Position numbers and translations under genes: made by a program. From assembly GCA_945910225.1 (NCBI GenBank), contig CAMDYG010000009.1, positions 35 to 64,034 on the forward strand: a stretch of DNA of 64,000 nt. The letters are read 5' to 3'. Of the stretch, positions 30,103-41,046 are shown in pieces; the first letter of the stretch is position 1; every line of letters starts with the position of its first letter. A model generated the notes under the pieces. That model did no database searches. It was not told where the DNA came from and saw only the letters and a list, made by a program, of their open reading frames with translations. This DNA comes from an uncultured Eubacterium sp. (GTDB lineage Bacteria; Bacillota; Clostridia; Lachnospirales; Lachnospiraceae).

Positions 30103-30143
30103 AATAACGGCAGACAGTGGTAATTACTGTCTGCCGTTATTTT
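30103..30143. terminator. Bidirectional terminator
   Basis: AATAACGGCAGACAGT/ACTGTCTGCCGTTATT, 16-bp perfect stem between converging genes. Confidence 0.88.
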
Positions 30144-30657
30144 ACATAAGCTTGTGTATAATATAGTCATATAATTCCTGACTGTTTTCTCTCCATCTGG
30201 CACATATTATTTCAGCCTGTTCCTCCATAGGAACATTGAGATTCAGCTCAATGAGGGTTGTGTCACCTTCCTTGACCTGGCAGTGTGCTATATAATTTCC
30301 ATTAGACAGCTTGTAGCAGTCTGTCACAGTTCCAGCTTCATTTTTAAGTTCGTATTTATTCTCAGCGAGATATTTTTCAATATCATCACGGATTCCGGTT
30401 GATATCTTGGTGTAGAAGAATGCAATTGTTTCTTCCCCTTCTTTAGTTAATGTGTACTGGGTACTGCTCTGGTGAGTTACTCCACGGATGAAACCATCTT
30501 CAACCAGAGAGTTGATGGCTTCCTGGAAAGTGAAATAATCCGTATACTGCTTGTCTAACATGAAAGAAGATAACTGTGTGTTAGACAGAGGGAAATTCAC
30601 TTTGTTCAGCATATATAAAATCATTAACTTGTATAAAGTGGTTGAGTCTGTATTCAT
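30142..30657 (-). CDS. DUF4364-like conserved clostridial protein (winged-helix-like N-terminus)
   Basis: LYKLMILYML.KV.FPLSN.Q...F...YTDYF..Q pattern, recalled from DUF4364. Confidence 0.75.
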   Translation of the reverse strand: MNTDSTTLYKLMILYMLNKVNFPLSNTQLSSFMLDKQYTDYFTFQEAINSLVEDGFIRGVTHQSSTQYTLTKEGEETIAFFYTKISTGIRDDIEKYLAENKYELKNEAGTVTDCYKLSNGNYIAHCQVKEGDTTLIELNLNVPMEEQAEIICARWRENSQELYDYIIHKLM

Positions 30658-31541
30658 AAATCTTTTCCTTGATAAATATTATTGTCTTTGAGGTAATGAG
30701 TAAGAGTGTTAAGAACTCTTTTCTTGTTGGCAGTCCATAATGGAGCTGCGAGTAAATCTTTAGGTCCATCCCCTGTGAGTCTGTGTATTACCATGTCTTC
30801 TGGAAGCACAGATATAATCTTTCCTGTTATATCAAGATAATCATCCATGGACATAGCTTCAAATAAGCCTGCACAATAATCCTTGTATAGATCAGTGTCT
30901 TTAAGAATGTGCAATAACGAAACTTTGATGCCCCATGCGCCGCTGTCAGCAATATACCGGGCAGTAGCAACTGCATCATCAGCATTTTCAAAAGGAAGTC
31001 CCATTATCATGTGGACAATAGGACGTATTCCTATCTGTTTAAGGTTATATACAGCTTCATCGTATACAGAAAGGCCGTAACCACGCCTTATATATCTGGC
31101 TGTATCTTCACGAATAGTCTGGAGTCCTAATTCAATCCAGACAGGTTTGATAGTGTTTAATTCTTTTAACAAATCAAGAATATCAGAGCCGAGACAATCA
31201 GGTCTTGTAGCAATTGAGAGTATCCGTATATCATCCCGCATAATTACAGGAGTAAACAGACGGCGCAGATATTCTGCATCAGCATAAGTGTTAGTAAATG
31301 ACTGGAAATAAGCTATATACTCGCTGCCTTTGTATTTATCAGCAATGACAAGCTTGGCTTTATCAATATCCTGAACAGCAAAATCACCGGAACCATGACC
31401 GCTGCAGAAAATGCATCCTCTGGTATCGAGAGTACCATCTCTGTTTGGACAGGTCATGTTTCCGGAAAGACTCAGCTTGTATAGCTTATGACCATAAGTG
31501 TTCTTCAGATATTCACTGACTGAATAATAGTATGGTAACAT
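30654..31541 (-). CDS. TIGR01212/YhcC-family radical SAM protein
   Basis: TCPNRDGT...GCIFC, AYFQSFTNTY, ATRPDCL and ELGLQT. Confidence 0.92.
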   Translation of the reverse strand: MLPYYYSVSEYLKNTYGHKLYKLSLSGNMTCPNRDGTLDTRGCIFCSGHGSGDFAVQDIDKAKLVIADKYKGSEYIAYFQSFTNTYADAEYLRRLFTPVIMRDDIRILSIATRPDCLGSDILDLLKELNTIKPVWIELGLQTIREDTARYIRRGYGLSVYDEAVYNLKQIGIRPIVHMIMGLPFENADDAVATARYIADSGAWGIKVSLLHILKDTDLYKDYCAGLFEAMSMDDYLDITGKIISVLPEDMVIHRLTGDGPKDLLAAPLWTANKKRVLNTLTHYLKDNNIYQGKDL

Positions 31542-31553
31542 ATCAGCTCTTAA

Positions 31554-32708
31554 TTATTTCTCAATGTGGTCAATTACAGCCTTGCTTACAACGTCTGCAA
31601 CTCTTGGATCAAATGCTTCTGGAAGAATGTTAACATCACTGACTTCATCATCTGGAACAAGGTTGGCAATTGCAAGAGCAGCAGCAAGTTTCATATCTTC
31701 TGTAATCTGTTTTGCACGTCCCTCAAGAGCACCTTTAAATATACCAGGGAAAGCAATAACGTTGTTAACCTGATTAGGAAAATCAGAACGTCCTGTACCA
31801 ACGACTCTTGCACCAGCAGCCTTGGCAACGTCTGGCATGATTTCAGGAACCGGATTAGCCATTGCAAATATAATTGCATCCTTATTCATAGTCTTAACCA
31901 TATCAGCAGTTACTATATTAGGAGCAGAAACTCCGACAAATATATCAGCACCACAGAGGGCATCAGCAAGAGTACCTGTTTTGCCTTCAAGATTAGTAAC
32001 ATCCATCATTGACTTCTGCATCCAGTTAAGTCCTTCAGATGACTTGGAAAGGATTCCTGACTTGTCACACATAGTAACATGCTTAAAGCCGTATGTAAGA
32101 AGCAGCTTAGTGATAGCGACACCGGCAGAACCAGCACCATTAACTACAACATTGCACTCTTCCTTAGCCTTGCCTGTAACCTTAAGACCATTAATAATTC
32201 CTGCGAGCACTACAATTGCTGTACCATGCTGGTCATCATGGAAAACAGGAATATCAAGTATCTCCTTAAGCCTTGACTCGATTTCAAAACATCTAGGGGC
32301 AGATATATCTTCAAGATTGATACCTCCAAATGCAGGGGCAATATTGACAACTGTCTTAATGATTTCTTCGGTATCCTGTGTGTCAAGGCAGATAGGTACT
32401 GCATTAACATTACCAAATTCCTTGAAAAGAACAGCTTTGCCTTCCATAACAGGCATAGCTGCATGTGCACCTATGTTACCAAGTCCAAGAACTGCACTTC
32501 CATCAGAAACAACAGCAATAGTATTGGCTTTAATGGTATACTTATAAGCTGCTTCCTGATCCTTAGCGATTACTTTACATGGTTCTGCTACACCTGGTGT
32601 GTATGCAAGCGCAAGATCTTCTCTTGTCTGAATCTTCATTTTAGGAGTCGTTTCAAATTTGCCATTCCATTCTTCATGGAGCTGTAAGGCTTTCTCTGCA
32701 TTAGTCAT
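31554..32708 (-). CDS. NAD(P)-dependent malic enzyme (short type)
   Basis: LAYTPGVAEPC, MPVMEGKAVLFK, FHDDQHGT, FAMANP and SDFPNQVNN. Confidence 0.95.
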   Translation of the reverse strand: MTNAEKALQLHEEWNGKFETTPKMKIQTREDLALAYTPGVAEPCKVIAKDQEAAYKYTIKANTIAVVSDGSAVLGLGNIGAHAAMPVMEGKAVLFKEFGNVNAVPICLDTQDTEEIIKTVVNIAPAFGGINLEDISAPRCFEIESRLKEILDIPVFHDDQHGTAIVVLAGIINGLKVTGKAKEECNVVVNGAGSAGVAITKLLLTYGFKHVTMCDKSGILSKSSEGLNWMQKSMMDVTNLEGKTGTLADALCGADIFVGVSAPNIVTADMVKTMNKDAIIFAMANPVPEIMPDVAKAAGARVVGTGRSDFPNQVNNVIAFPGIFKGALEGRAKQITEDMKLAAALAIANLVPDDEVSDVNILPEAFDPRVADVVSKAVIDHIEK

Positions 32709-32900
32709 GATATCTATAATCTTCCTTTCAAAATATAATATGCTTTTTAACAGCAATATATATAATAGCATAACATATCACTTAAAAAAAGTATTTTAGA
32801 CTTTTCTTTTAGAATAATATGATGTATAATTAAAAAAGTCTTTGATGCAATTTCTGCATCAGTTCCCAGAAACATTTATAAGTTAATATGAGGTTAAAGT

Positions 32901-34289
32901 ATGAGAGCTAAATTAGAAACGTTATCTGTCAGCGTATTAAGAGAATTCGCTAAAGATAAAAAAATCAAAAACATATCATCAATGAGAAAAAATGAGCTGA
33001 TAGACGCACTTGTAGAAGCAACAGCTAAAGCAGAGGGGAAAGGAAGAACGGAAGAAAAGGGGAATCCTGAAGCTAAGGCGGCAGCAGAAGAAAAAAAGAA
33101 TGGTGACCAATATGTAAGAGAAGAACACAAGGAAGCATATCATGCACAGCCAAAGGCAGAACCTGATGCGCCACAGGCTGATGGTATACTTGAAGTCATG
33201 CAGGATGGATATGGATTTATTAGATGTGAGAATTTCCTGCCGGGAGAGAATGATGTATATGTATCACCATCACAGATAAGAAAGTTCAATCTCAAGACAG
33301 GAGATATAATACATGGTCCTAAAAGAATGAAAGCGTCAGGTGAGAAGTTCTCGGCGCTTATGTATCTTGAGTCAGTTAATGGAAAAGATCCGTCAGCAGC
33401 GCAGAGAAGACCTGCGTTTGAAAGCCTTACACCTATATTTCCTAATGAAAGAATTCATTTGGAAAAGAACTCGAATACAGTTGCAATGAGAATAGTGGAT
33501 CTTATCTCTCCTATAGGAAAGGGCCAGAGAGGAATGATTGTTTCACAGCCTAAGTCAGGTAAGACAACCCTCCTTAAGCAGATAGCTAATGCAATTACTA
33601 AGAATAATCCTGAAATGCATCTTATGATTCTTCTTATAGATGAAAGACCTGAGGAAGTAACAGATATTAAAGAATCAATTGTCGGAGAGAATGTAGAAGT
33701 TATCTATTCAACATTTGATGAGCTTCCAGAAAGACATAAGAGAGTTTCAGAGATGGTTATAGAACGTGCTAAGAGACTTGTTGAACAGGAGACGGATGTA
33801 ATTATTCTTCTGGATAGTATAACAAGATTAGCAAGAGCGTATAACCTTACAGTCCAGGCAAGCGGAAGAACACTTTCTGGAGGACTTGATCCAGCCGCCC
33901 TGCACATGCCAAAGAGATTCTTTGGTGCAGCAAGAAATATGAGAGAGGGAGGAAGTCTTACAATACTTGCTACTGCACTGGTTGAGACAGGAAGCAAGAT
34001 GGATGATGTTGTATTTGAAGAGTTCAAGGGAACAGGTAACATGGAACTTGTACTTGACAGAAAGCTTTCAGAAAAGAGAGTATTTCCTGCCATAGATATA
34101 GCCAAATCAGGAACAAGAAGAGAGGATCTACTTCTTGATAAAGAAGAACTTGAGGCAGTTGATATAATGAGAAAAGCTCTTAATGGATTGAAGACAGACG
34201 AGGCAGCAGAGAGAATTCTTGACATGTTTGTTAAGACAAGAAGTAACGAAGAACTTGTAAATACGGTAATTAAGAACAGGTATATATAA
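32901..34289 (+). CDS. rho: Transcription termination factor Rho
   Basis: Rho_N helix, [24 protein letters not shown] and [11 protein letters not shown]. Confidence 0.98.
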   Translation: MRAKLETLSVSVLREFAKDKKIKNISSMRKNELIDALVEATAKAEGKGRTEEKGNPEAKAAAEEKKNGDQYVREEHKEAYHAQPKAEPDAPQADGILEVMQDGYGFIRCENFLPGENDVYVSPSQIRKFNLKTGDIIHGPKRMKASGEKFSALMYLESVNGKDPSAAQRRPAFESLTPIFPNERIHLEKNSNTVAMRIVDLISPIGKGQRGMIVSQPKSGKTTLLKQIANAITKNNPEMHLMILLIDERPEEVTDIKESIVGENVEVIYSTFDELPERHKRVSEMVIERAKRLVEQETDVIILLDSITRLARAYNLTVQASGRTLSGGLDPAALHMPKRFFGAARNMREGGSLTILATALVETGSKMDDVVFEEFKGTGNMELVLDRKLSEKRVFPAIDIAKSGTRREDLLLDKEELEAVDIMRKALNGLKTDEAAERILDMFVKTRSNEELVNTVIKNRYI

Positions 34290-34338
34290 TAATCGATATA
34301 TATATAATATTAATTGTTATATCTTTTTGAAAAAATGC

Positions 34339-34367
34339 TTGCATAACATATTGTGTCGTGATACAAT
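34339..34367 (+). promoter_or_regulatory. SigA-type promoter of rpmE
   Basis: TTGCAT-17-TACAAT. Confidence 0.6.
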
Positions 34368-34495
34368 ATGAAAGCTGTTTATAACAGATAAAGAGGTCAT
34401 TGTGTCTAATGCGCATAGATTCCATCGGGCTAGAAAGGGAATCTAAGGCGGAATTCACAATTGTAATACTTAATAATTTGTAAAGAGGTGAAATC

Positions 34496-34702
34496 ATGAG
34501 AGAAGGAATCCATCCAGATTACTATCAGGCAAAGGTTGTTTGTAACTGCGGTAACGAGTTCGTAACAGGTTCAACTAAGGAAGAAATCCACGTAGAGATC
34601 TGTTCTAAGTGCCATCCATTCTACACAGGACAGCAGAAGGCATCATCAACTCGTGGACGTATTGATAAGTTCAATAAGAAGTATGGTGTATCAAACAATT
34701 AA
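34496..34702 (+). CDS. rpmE: 50S ribosomal protein L31 (Zn-binding type)
   Basis: [23 protein letters not shown]. Confidence 0.98.
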   Translation: MREGIHPDYYQAKVVCNCGNEFVTGSTKEEIHVEICSKCHPFYTGQQKASSTRGRIDKFNKKYGVSNN

Positions 34703-34711
34703 TTTTGAGAT

Positions 34712-34746
34712 AAAGGTTGAGGTTGATAATGACCTCAACTTTTTTT
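34712..34746 (+). terminator. Terminator after rpmE
   Basis: GTTGAGGT/ACCTCAAC stem plus a T-run. Confidence 0.8.
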
Positions 34747-34781
34747 GAATGTATACATAACATTTTGAGTTGGAGGTATAT

Positions 34782-36236
34782 ATGAAGCCATCAGGAATTG
34801 GGGGACAAGCTGTAATTGAGGGAATAATGATGCGCAATAAGGATAAATATTCTATTGCTGTCAGAAAACCAGATAACGAAATAGAAGTTGTTGTAAGAGA
34901 AAGCAGGCTTATAACAGAGAAACATCCATGGCTTAATTTGCCAATAATAAGAGGAATAGCCAGCTTTATAGATTCACTCGTTACAGGTATTTCTACAATT
35001 AATTATTCGGCGTCTTTTTATGATGATCCATCAGAACAGGAAAAGACTAAAGTAGATGAAGTTGGGAAGAGCATCCTGAAAGATAAGTTTGAGTCAGTAT
35101 TAATGGCTGTAACAGTTATATTTTCTATATTCTTTGCAATTGGATTATTTATGGTACTTCCATATCTTGCAACAAGGCTTGTATCGAAGTACATAGTATC
35201 AAAGACACTTCTTAATTTTATAGAAGGAATTGTAAGACTTCTGATATTTGTTGCATATATATCACTGATATCCATGATGAAAGACATTAAGAGAACTTTT
35301 ATGTATCATGGTGCAGAGCATAAATGTATCAACTGTATAGAGAATGGTGCGAGACTTACACCAGAGAATGTCAAGAACAGTTCAAGATATCATAAGAGAT
35401 GTGGAACAAGCTTTTTGTTCTTTGTAATGTTTATAAGCATAATTTTCTTTATATTTATACGAGTAGACAATACAATTCTTCAGATAGTAATAAGGATACT
35501 CCTTATACCTGTTATAGCAGGTGTGTCATACGAGGTAATCAGATGGGCAGGAAAGAATGATAACGCATTTGTCCGTGTCTTAAGTAAACCGGGTATGTGG
35601 TTTCAGAAGCTTACAACAAGAGAACCTGATATGGATATGATTGAAGTAGCAATTAAAGCAGTTGAAGAAGTATTTGACTGGAAAGAGTATCTTGCTGAAT
35701 ATTATGCCGAGTCAGATAATCCTGTTGAAGAACTTGTTGCATCAGAAGCAGTTCTTGCAATTTCGGGAAATCTTATGCATGAAAAGGAATCAACAAGAAC
35801 AATTGATGTTCAGGAAAAAGAAGACGGAGAACAGCAGCCAGAGAAGGAACTTTCTGCAGAAGAAAGATACATTCAGACTGGAAAAGAATTTGGCATGAAT
35901 GAGACAGACAGAGAGTCGTTCTCATCAATGTATGAAGTAAGCGACGAGTCAGAAAGTACAATATATGATTATGATAACCAGAATTCAGAAGAGGAAGATG
36001 AATCATATGGTTATGGAGAAGAAGGATATGATGCCCCTTCAGCTATAGAGGGATTTGAATTCATGGACAATCCAGCACCTTATATTGTTGAAGAGCATGG
36101 TGACGAAGCTGAGAAAACAGAGGAACTCAGTGAAGAAGAAGTAGTCGCTGGATTTGAATTTGAAGAGGAACAGGAAGCGGAAGAATACCCGGAAGATGTT
36201 CCGATGTTTAAACAGAAAAGACTGGATGATAAGTAA
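34782..36236 (+). CDS. DUF1385 (YqhQ-like) membrane protein with a long acidic C-terminal tail
   Basis: IGGQAVIEGIMM, YHGAEHK, HKRCGTSF and LTTREP, then about 180 Glu/Asp-rich residues. Confidence 0.88.
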   Translation: MKPSGIGGQAVIEGIMMRNKDKYSIAVRKPDNEIEVVVRESRLITEKHPWLNLPIIRGIASFIDSLVTGISTINYSASFYDDPSEQEKTKVDEVGKSILKDKFESVLMAVTVIFSIFFAIGLFMVLPYLATRLVSKYIVSKTLLNFIEGIVRLLIFVAYISLISMMKDIKRTFMYHGAEHKCINCIENGARLTPENVKNSSRYHKRCGTSFLFFVMFISIIFFIFIRVDNTILQIVIRILLIPVIAGVSYEVIRWAGKNDNAFVRVLSKPGMWFQKLTTREPDMDMIEVAIKAVEEVFDWKEYLAEYYAESDNPVEELVASEAVLAISGNLMHEKESTRTIDVQEKEDGEQQPEKELSAEERYIQTGKEFGMNETDRESFSSMYEVSDESESTIYDYDNQNSEEEDESYGYGEEGYDAPSAIEGFEFMDNPAPYIVEEHGDEAEKTEELSEEEVVAGFEFEEEQEAEEYPEDVPMFKQKRLDDK

Positions 36237-36238
36237 AT

Positions 36239-37084
36239 ATGATGACAATTAGGGAAGCTGTTGAATGGGGCAGCCATGAGCTTGAGGAACATGGCGTTGA
36301 TAATGCAAAACATGACAGTTATGAGTTGCTGTCAGCTGTTAATGGGATGACAAGAACATTTTATCTGGTCAATCAGGACAGTATGTTATCAGAGGAAGAT
36401 TTTTTATCTTTTGAGGAGTACATTGATAAAAGAGCGGCTCATGTACCACTTCAGCATATACTTGGAAAAACGTATTTTTATGGATATGAATTTGAGGTAA
36501 ATGGAGATGTTCTTGTTCCAAGACCGGATACCGAAATTCTTGTTGAAGAGGTTATGAAAGTCACAAGAAATGGAGATTATATACTGGATATGTGTACCGG
36601 ATCAGGATGCATAGGAATAACACTTGCCAAGAAATTTCCAGAGATTAAGGTGCTTGGTGTGGATGTTTCAGAAAGGGCACTGGCTGTGGCTGAAAAGAAC
36701 AGGCACAATCTTGAGGCATATAATATCGACTTTATGTTAAGTGATCTTTTTACTGAATTAAATCAAGATATAATATTTGATACAATAGTGTCGAATCCTC
36801 CATATATTCCTACATCAGTAATTGATGGATTACAGGAAGAGGTAAGGCTTCATGATCCGGTACTTGCTCTTGATGGAAAAGAAGATGGCCTTGATTTCTA
36901 TAGAAGAATATCTGAAAGTGCAGGGGCACATTTAAGGCAGGATGGTTATCTGTGTTTTGAAATAGGATGTGAGCAGGCGGATGCTGTATCAGATATAATG
37001 GAAAAGGCAGGATTTAAAGATATCAATGTGGTAAGAGATCTTGCTGGACTTAACCGCGTTGTAATGGGCAGAAAGAATAATTAA
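36239..37084 (+). CDS. prmC: Release factor glutamine methyltransferase
   Basis: [24 protein letters not shown] and DGKEDGL.FY. Confidence 0.96.
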   Translation: MMTIREAVEWGSHELEEHGVDNAKHDSYELLSAVNGMTRTFYLVNQDSMLSEEDFLSFEEYIDKRAAHVPLQHILGKTYFYGYEFEVNGDVLVPRPDTEILVEEVMKVTRNGDYILDMCTGSGCIGITLAKKFPEIKVLGVDVSERALAVAEKNRHNLEAYNIDFMLSDLFTELNQDIIFDTIVSNPPYIPTSVIDGLQEEVRLHDPVLALDGKEDGLDFYRRISESAGAHLRQDGYLCFEIGCEQADAVSDIMEKAGFKDINVVRDLAGLNRVVMGRKNN

Positions 37085-37115
37085 GATTTTGATAATGAAA
37101 GGAACGGGTGTTTAT

Positions 37116-38189
37116 ATGTTTGACAAGCTGGAAGATACAGTCAACAGATATGAGGATATAACTGCAGAACTTGGTAATCCTGATGTTGTTAATGATCAGG
37201 AAAAGTTCAGAAAGCTTATGAAGGAGCAGAGCAGTCTTGCACCTCTTATAGCAACTTATACAGAATATAAGAACTGCAAGAAGAATATAGAAGATAGTCT
37301 TGCAATTCTTGATGAAGAAACTGATGAAGAGCTTAAGGAAATGGCAAAGGAAGAACTTAATGAGTCTAAAGCCAGAGTTGAAGAGCTTGAGCATGAACTT
37401 AAGATACTTCTTCTTCCAAAAGATCCTAACGATGACAAGGATATAGTAGTTGAAATCAGAGCTGGTGCCGGTGGAGAAGAGGCAGCCCTTTTTGCTGCTG
37501 AGCTTTTCAGAATGTATGTACATTATGTTGAATCAAAGGGATGGAAGGTAGAAGTCCTTAGTGGAGATGAGACTGGAATTGGTGGAATGAAGGAAGTTGA
37601 GTTCATGGTTAAAGGCCAGGGAGCATATTCAATTATGAAATATGAGTCAGGAGTTCATCGTGTACAGAGAATTCCGGTAACTGAATCCAATGGAAGAATC
37701 CAGACATCTACAGCGTCAGTTGCAGTTATGCCTGAGGCAGAAGAAGTTGATATCCATATAGATGAAAAGGATATCAGAATTGATGTTATGAGAGCTTCTG
37801 GTAATGGTGGACAGTGTGTCAATACAACAGATTCAGCTGTAAGACTTACACATTATCCAACAGGAATTGTTATCTATTCACAGACAGAAAAGTCACAGAT
37901 ACAGAATAAAGAGAAGGCATTTGCACTTCTTAGAGCCAAGTTATATGATCTTGAAACACAGAAGGCGCATGATGCTGAAGCAGACGCAAGAAGAAGCCAG
38001 ATTGGTACAGGTGATAGAGCTGAGAAGATCAGAACATATAATTTCCCACAGGGAAGAGTTACAGACCATAGAATCGGACTTACTTTATATAAGCTTGATA
38101 AGATAATGAATGGAGATATTCAGGAAATTATTGATGCATGTATCGCAGCTGACCAGGCTGCAAAGCTTGCCAAGATGGGTGATGATTAA
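37116..38189 (+). CDS. prfA: Peptide chain release factor 1
   Basis: GGQ motif, RF1 tripeptide RIPVT and [11 protein letters not shown]. Confidence 0.98.
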   Translation: MFDKLEDTVNRYEDITAELGNPDVVNDQEKFRKLMKEQSSLAPLIATYTEYKNCKKNIEDSLAILDEETDEELKEMAKEELNESKARVEELEHELKILLLPKDPNDDKDIVVEIRAGAGGEEAALFAAELFRMYVHYVESKGWKVEVLSGDETGIGGMKEVEFMVKGQGAYSIMKYESGVHRVQRIPVTESNGRIQTSTASVAVMPEAEEVDIHIDEKDIRIDVMRASGNGGQCVNTTDSAVRLTHYPTGIVIYSQTEKSQIQNKEKAFALLRAKLYDLETQKAHDAEADARRSQIGTGDRAEKIRTYNFPQGRVTDHRIGLTLYKLDKIMNGDIQEIIDACIAADQAAKLAKMGDD

Positions 38190-39535
38190 TGAAAGATAAG
38201 AAATCCAATGCGATAGCACTACTGCCGATACTTGTATTTCTTATATTATATCTTGGAACAGGGATAACATTGGAATATGTGTTGAAGATACCAATGGGAT
38301 TCTATAATGTTCCTATTATTGTAGCATTTCTTATTGCAATACTGGTTGCGTGTATCCAGAACAGGTCATTAAGCTTTAATGACAAGCTTGAAGTCATGGC
38401 AAAGGGGCTTGCAGATAAGAATATTATTACAATGCTTCTGATATTTCTTGTGGCAGGGGTATTTGTAGGAGTTGTTGGACGTAGCAGTGCTGAAAGTGTA
38501 GCATATTTTATGCTTAGTATTATACCTGCCAGATTTTCCGTTGCTGTACTATTTATAGTTGCATGTTTTGTATCGACAGCTATGGGAACATCTGTTGGAA
38601 CAATAACGCTTATCACACCTATAGCTGTTGCTGTTTCTGAGGCATCGGGTTTTCATACAGCGCTTTGCATAGCATCTGTTATGGGAGGAGCTATGTTTGG
38701 TGATAATCTGTCTTTTATCTCTGATACAACAATTGCTGCATGTAACGGACAAGGATGTGCAATGAAGGATAAGTTCAGGGAGAACTTCTGGATAGCATTT
38801 CCGGCAGCTATTGTTACACTGGTTATAATATTAGTGCTGTCGTTTAATACAGATATTTCAGGTGAAGTGACACACTCATATAATCTTGTTCAGATTATTC
38901 CATATATTCTTGTTATGACAGGTGGAATAATTGGAATGAATGTGTTTATTGTTCTTATAACCGGAATTATATCAGGTACATTTATAATGCTTGTAAGTGG
39001 ACAGATTAATGCAGAACAGCTTCTGGTTAATATGGGAAGCGGGGCATCAGGCATGTTTGAAACATGTATGGTGGCTGTTTTAGTATCTGCAATGTGCGCA
39101 CTTATTAAGGAATATGGAGGCTTTGAAGCTTTGCTTAATGCAATTAGAAAGCTGTTTTGTGGCAAAAAGAGCGGACAGTTTGGGATGGGAATACTGGTTG
39201 GTGCTATGGATATAGCAACTGCTAATAATACGGTGGCTATTGTGATGGCTAACCCAATTGCTAAAGAGATGGCATCAGATTATGGAATAACACCCCGAAA
39301 GACGGCTTCACTGCTTGATACATTTTCCTGTATATTTCAGGGTATTATACCTTATGGAGCACAGATGCTGGTTGCAATCTCGGCTGCATCTGAACTTGGA
39401 TATAATGTAACCGCATTTGAAATATTACCGAAAATGTTTTATCCAATGTTTTTACTTGTAAGTTCTTTAATATGGATATATATTATTCCTGAGAGAAAAA
39501 GAACAGCTACTCTGGAGGATTCTATTGAAGATTAA
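38189..39535 (+). CDS. NhaC-family Na+/H+ antiporter or amino-acid transporter
   Basis: Multi-TM. MGTSVGT, GGAMFGDNLSFISDTTI.A and ANNTVAI. Confidence 0.85.
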   Translation: MKDKKSNAIALLPILVFLILYLGTGITLEYVLKIPMGFYNVPIIVAFLIAILVACIQNRSLSFNDKLEVMAKGLADKNIITMLLIFLVAGVFVGVVGRSSAESVAYFMLSIIPARFSVAVLFIVACFVSTAMGTSVGTITLITPIAVAVSEASGFHTALCIASVMGGAMFGDNLSFISDTTIAACNGQGCAMKDKFRENFWIAFPAAIVTLVIILVLSFNTDISGEVTHSYNLVQIIPYILVMTGGIIGMNVFIVLITGIISGTFIMLVSGQINAEQLLVNMGSGASGMFETCMVAVLVSAMCALIKEYGGFEALLNAIRKLFCGKKSGQFGMGILVGAMDIATANNTVAIVMANPIAKEMASDYGITPRKTASLLDTFSCIFQGIIPYGAQMLVAISAASELGYNVTAFEILPKMFYPMFLLVSSLIWIYIIPERKRTATLEDSIED

Positions 39536-40940
39536 CAGAAATATATATGGTGGAATATTAAGCATAGCATTGTTTAATTTCGTATTCTTAGGAATAGAAT
39601 ATATGTATGATAATATGATGATGTATGTTACTGATGCAGGAAATGTAGTTACAGCCCAGAATTATGTTTTGGGAATAAGTGTAATAGGTTTCCTACTTTT
39701 TCCGGTTGTAAACAGAATTCTTGAACGATATGATTGTTGCATTATTAATGCAATTATGCGATTATTTATGATTGCCGCAGGCATTGCATGCATATGTTTA
39801 ATAAACATTCATGCATCATATGGCAGCGTACTTGTAGGCGGATGTGTTGTATTTGTAATGCTTGGCATAGTAGGAAGCGAAATGCATTATATATTGGCAA
39901 AGAACATAGATGAAACAGGGAAAATACCGGTGTATATTGGTATTGCGTATGCACTCGGTATAGCGCTGCAGTTTATTAATAATAATCTGGTTAATAATGA
40001 TAAGGCAGAAGCAATAGTTTTAGGGACATGCTATGTGATCATTGTGGTGTATGGATTATATTGCAGAATATCAGATGCACAACGCTATAATACATCTAAT
40101 GAAATACAGAGTGATGGGAAAGATGCAATACAAAAGCCGGCGGTTGCAGCGGCAGCATTGATAGTTACAGTGCTTTTTATGACATGCATATTTTCAACTC
40201 TGGACAATGCAGTTACAATTGTTCATGCTAATGGAAGTATTGATATAGGGCAATGGCCAAGAATAATGCTTGCACTGAGTGGATTAGCAGCAGGAGTGTT
40301 ATATAACATTGCTGATGGGAAATATATGAATATAATCATGTATTGTGTAACACTTTTGTCGGTAATATGCGTTGTTGTAATAGTATTTGGAGGACCATTT
40401 ATTGCAGGCCTGCTTGCTTTCTATATGTCTGCAGGATTCTTTGTTGTATATTTTACAACTACATTTATGCGGTTATCGTATTATCTGAAAGTCCAGCCGT
40501 TATGGGCCGGGTTAGGCAGGGCTGTTAATAATATTGCGGCTGTAATAATGACACATATATCTATAAAGGTGCTTGAGACGAATAATGAGATGGCTCTTAT
40601 AATATCAGCATTAATATTATTCACAGTTATAAGTATATCTATGTATATATATTCGCAGCAGATAAATAAAAATGAAGAGATACATAAAGAATTAAAACAT
40701 GATTTAATAAATGATAATAATGATAAACTGCAAATGTTTTCAGAATATTTTCATCTGACTTCCAGAGAGAAAGATGTTTTACAGGCATTATTATCGTCAG
40801 AGGAGAGCGTATCAAAGATAGCAGAAAGTCTGTATATGTCCAGAACGGCTTTATATAATCATATATCAAGCATTAATGATAAGACTGCAACATCTAAGAG
40901 AATGGGACTGATACAATTTTATTACGCATGGAAAATGTAG
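39525..40940 (+). CDS. 12-TM membrane protein with a C-terminal LuxR-type HTH
   Basis: TTG start with GGAGG RBS. About 12 hydrophobic segments in a 6+6 layout. C-terminus HLTSREKDVLQALL...SKIAESLYMSRTALYNHISSI..K. Confidence 0.85.
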   Translation: MKINRNIYGGILSIALFNFVFLGIEYMYDNMMMYVTDAGNVVTAQNYVLGISVIGFLLFPVVNRILERYDCCIINAIMRLFMIAAGIACICLINIHASYGSVLVGGCVVFVMLGIVGSEMHYILAKNIDETGKIPVYIGIAYALGIALQFINNNLVNNDKAEAIVLGTCYVIIVVYGLYCRISDAQRYNTSNEIQSDGKDAIQKPAVAAAALIVTVLFMTCIFSTLDNAVTIVHANGSIDIGQWPRIMLALSGLAAGVLYNIADGKYMNIIMYCVTLLSVICVVVIVFGGPFIAGLLAFYMSAGFFVVYFTTTFMRLSYYLKVQPLWAGLGRAVNNIAAVIMTHISIKVLETNNEMALIISALILFTVISISMYIYSQQINKNEEIHKELKHDLINDNNDKLQMFSEYFHLTSREKDVLQALLSSEESVSKIAESLYMSRTALYNHISSINDKTATSKRMGLIQFYYAWKM

Positions 40941-41046
40941 AAAAATCAGATATGCAGGACATTTTGGACATTTGTCAACTTCAATTAAATAAATATCAGA
41001 TATATAATTCTCCTACAATATTGATGAACGTAGGAGGATTATTTAT

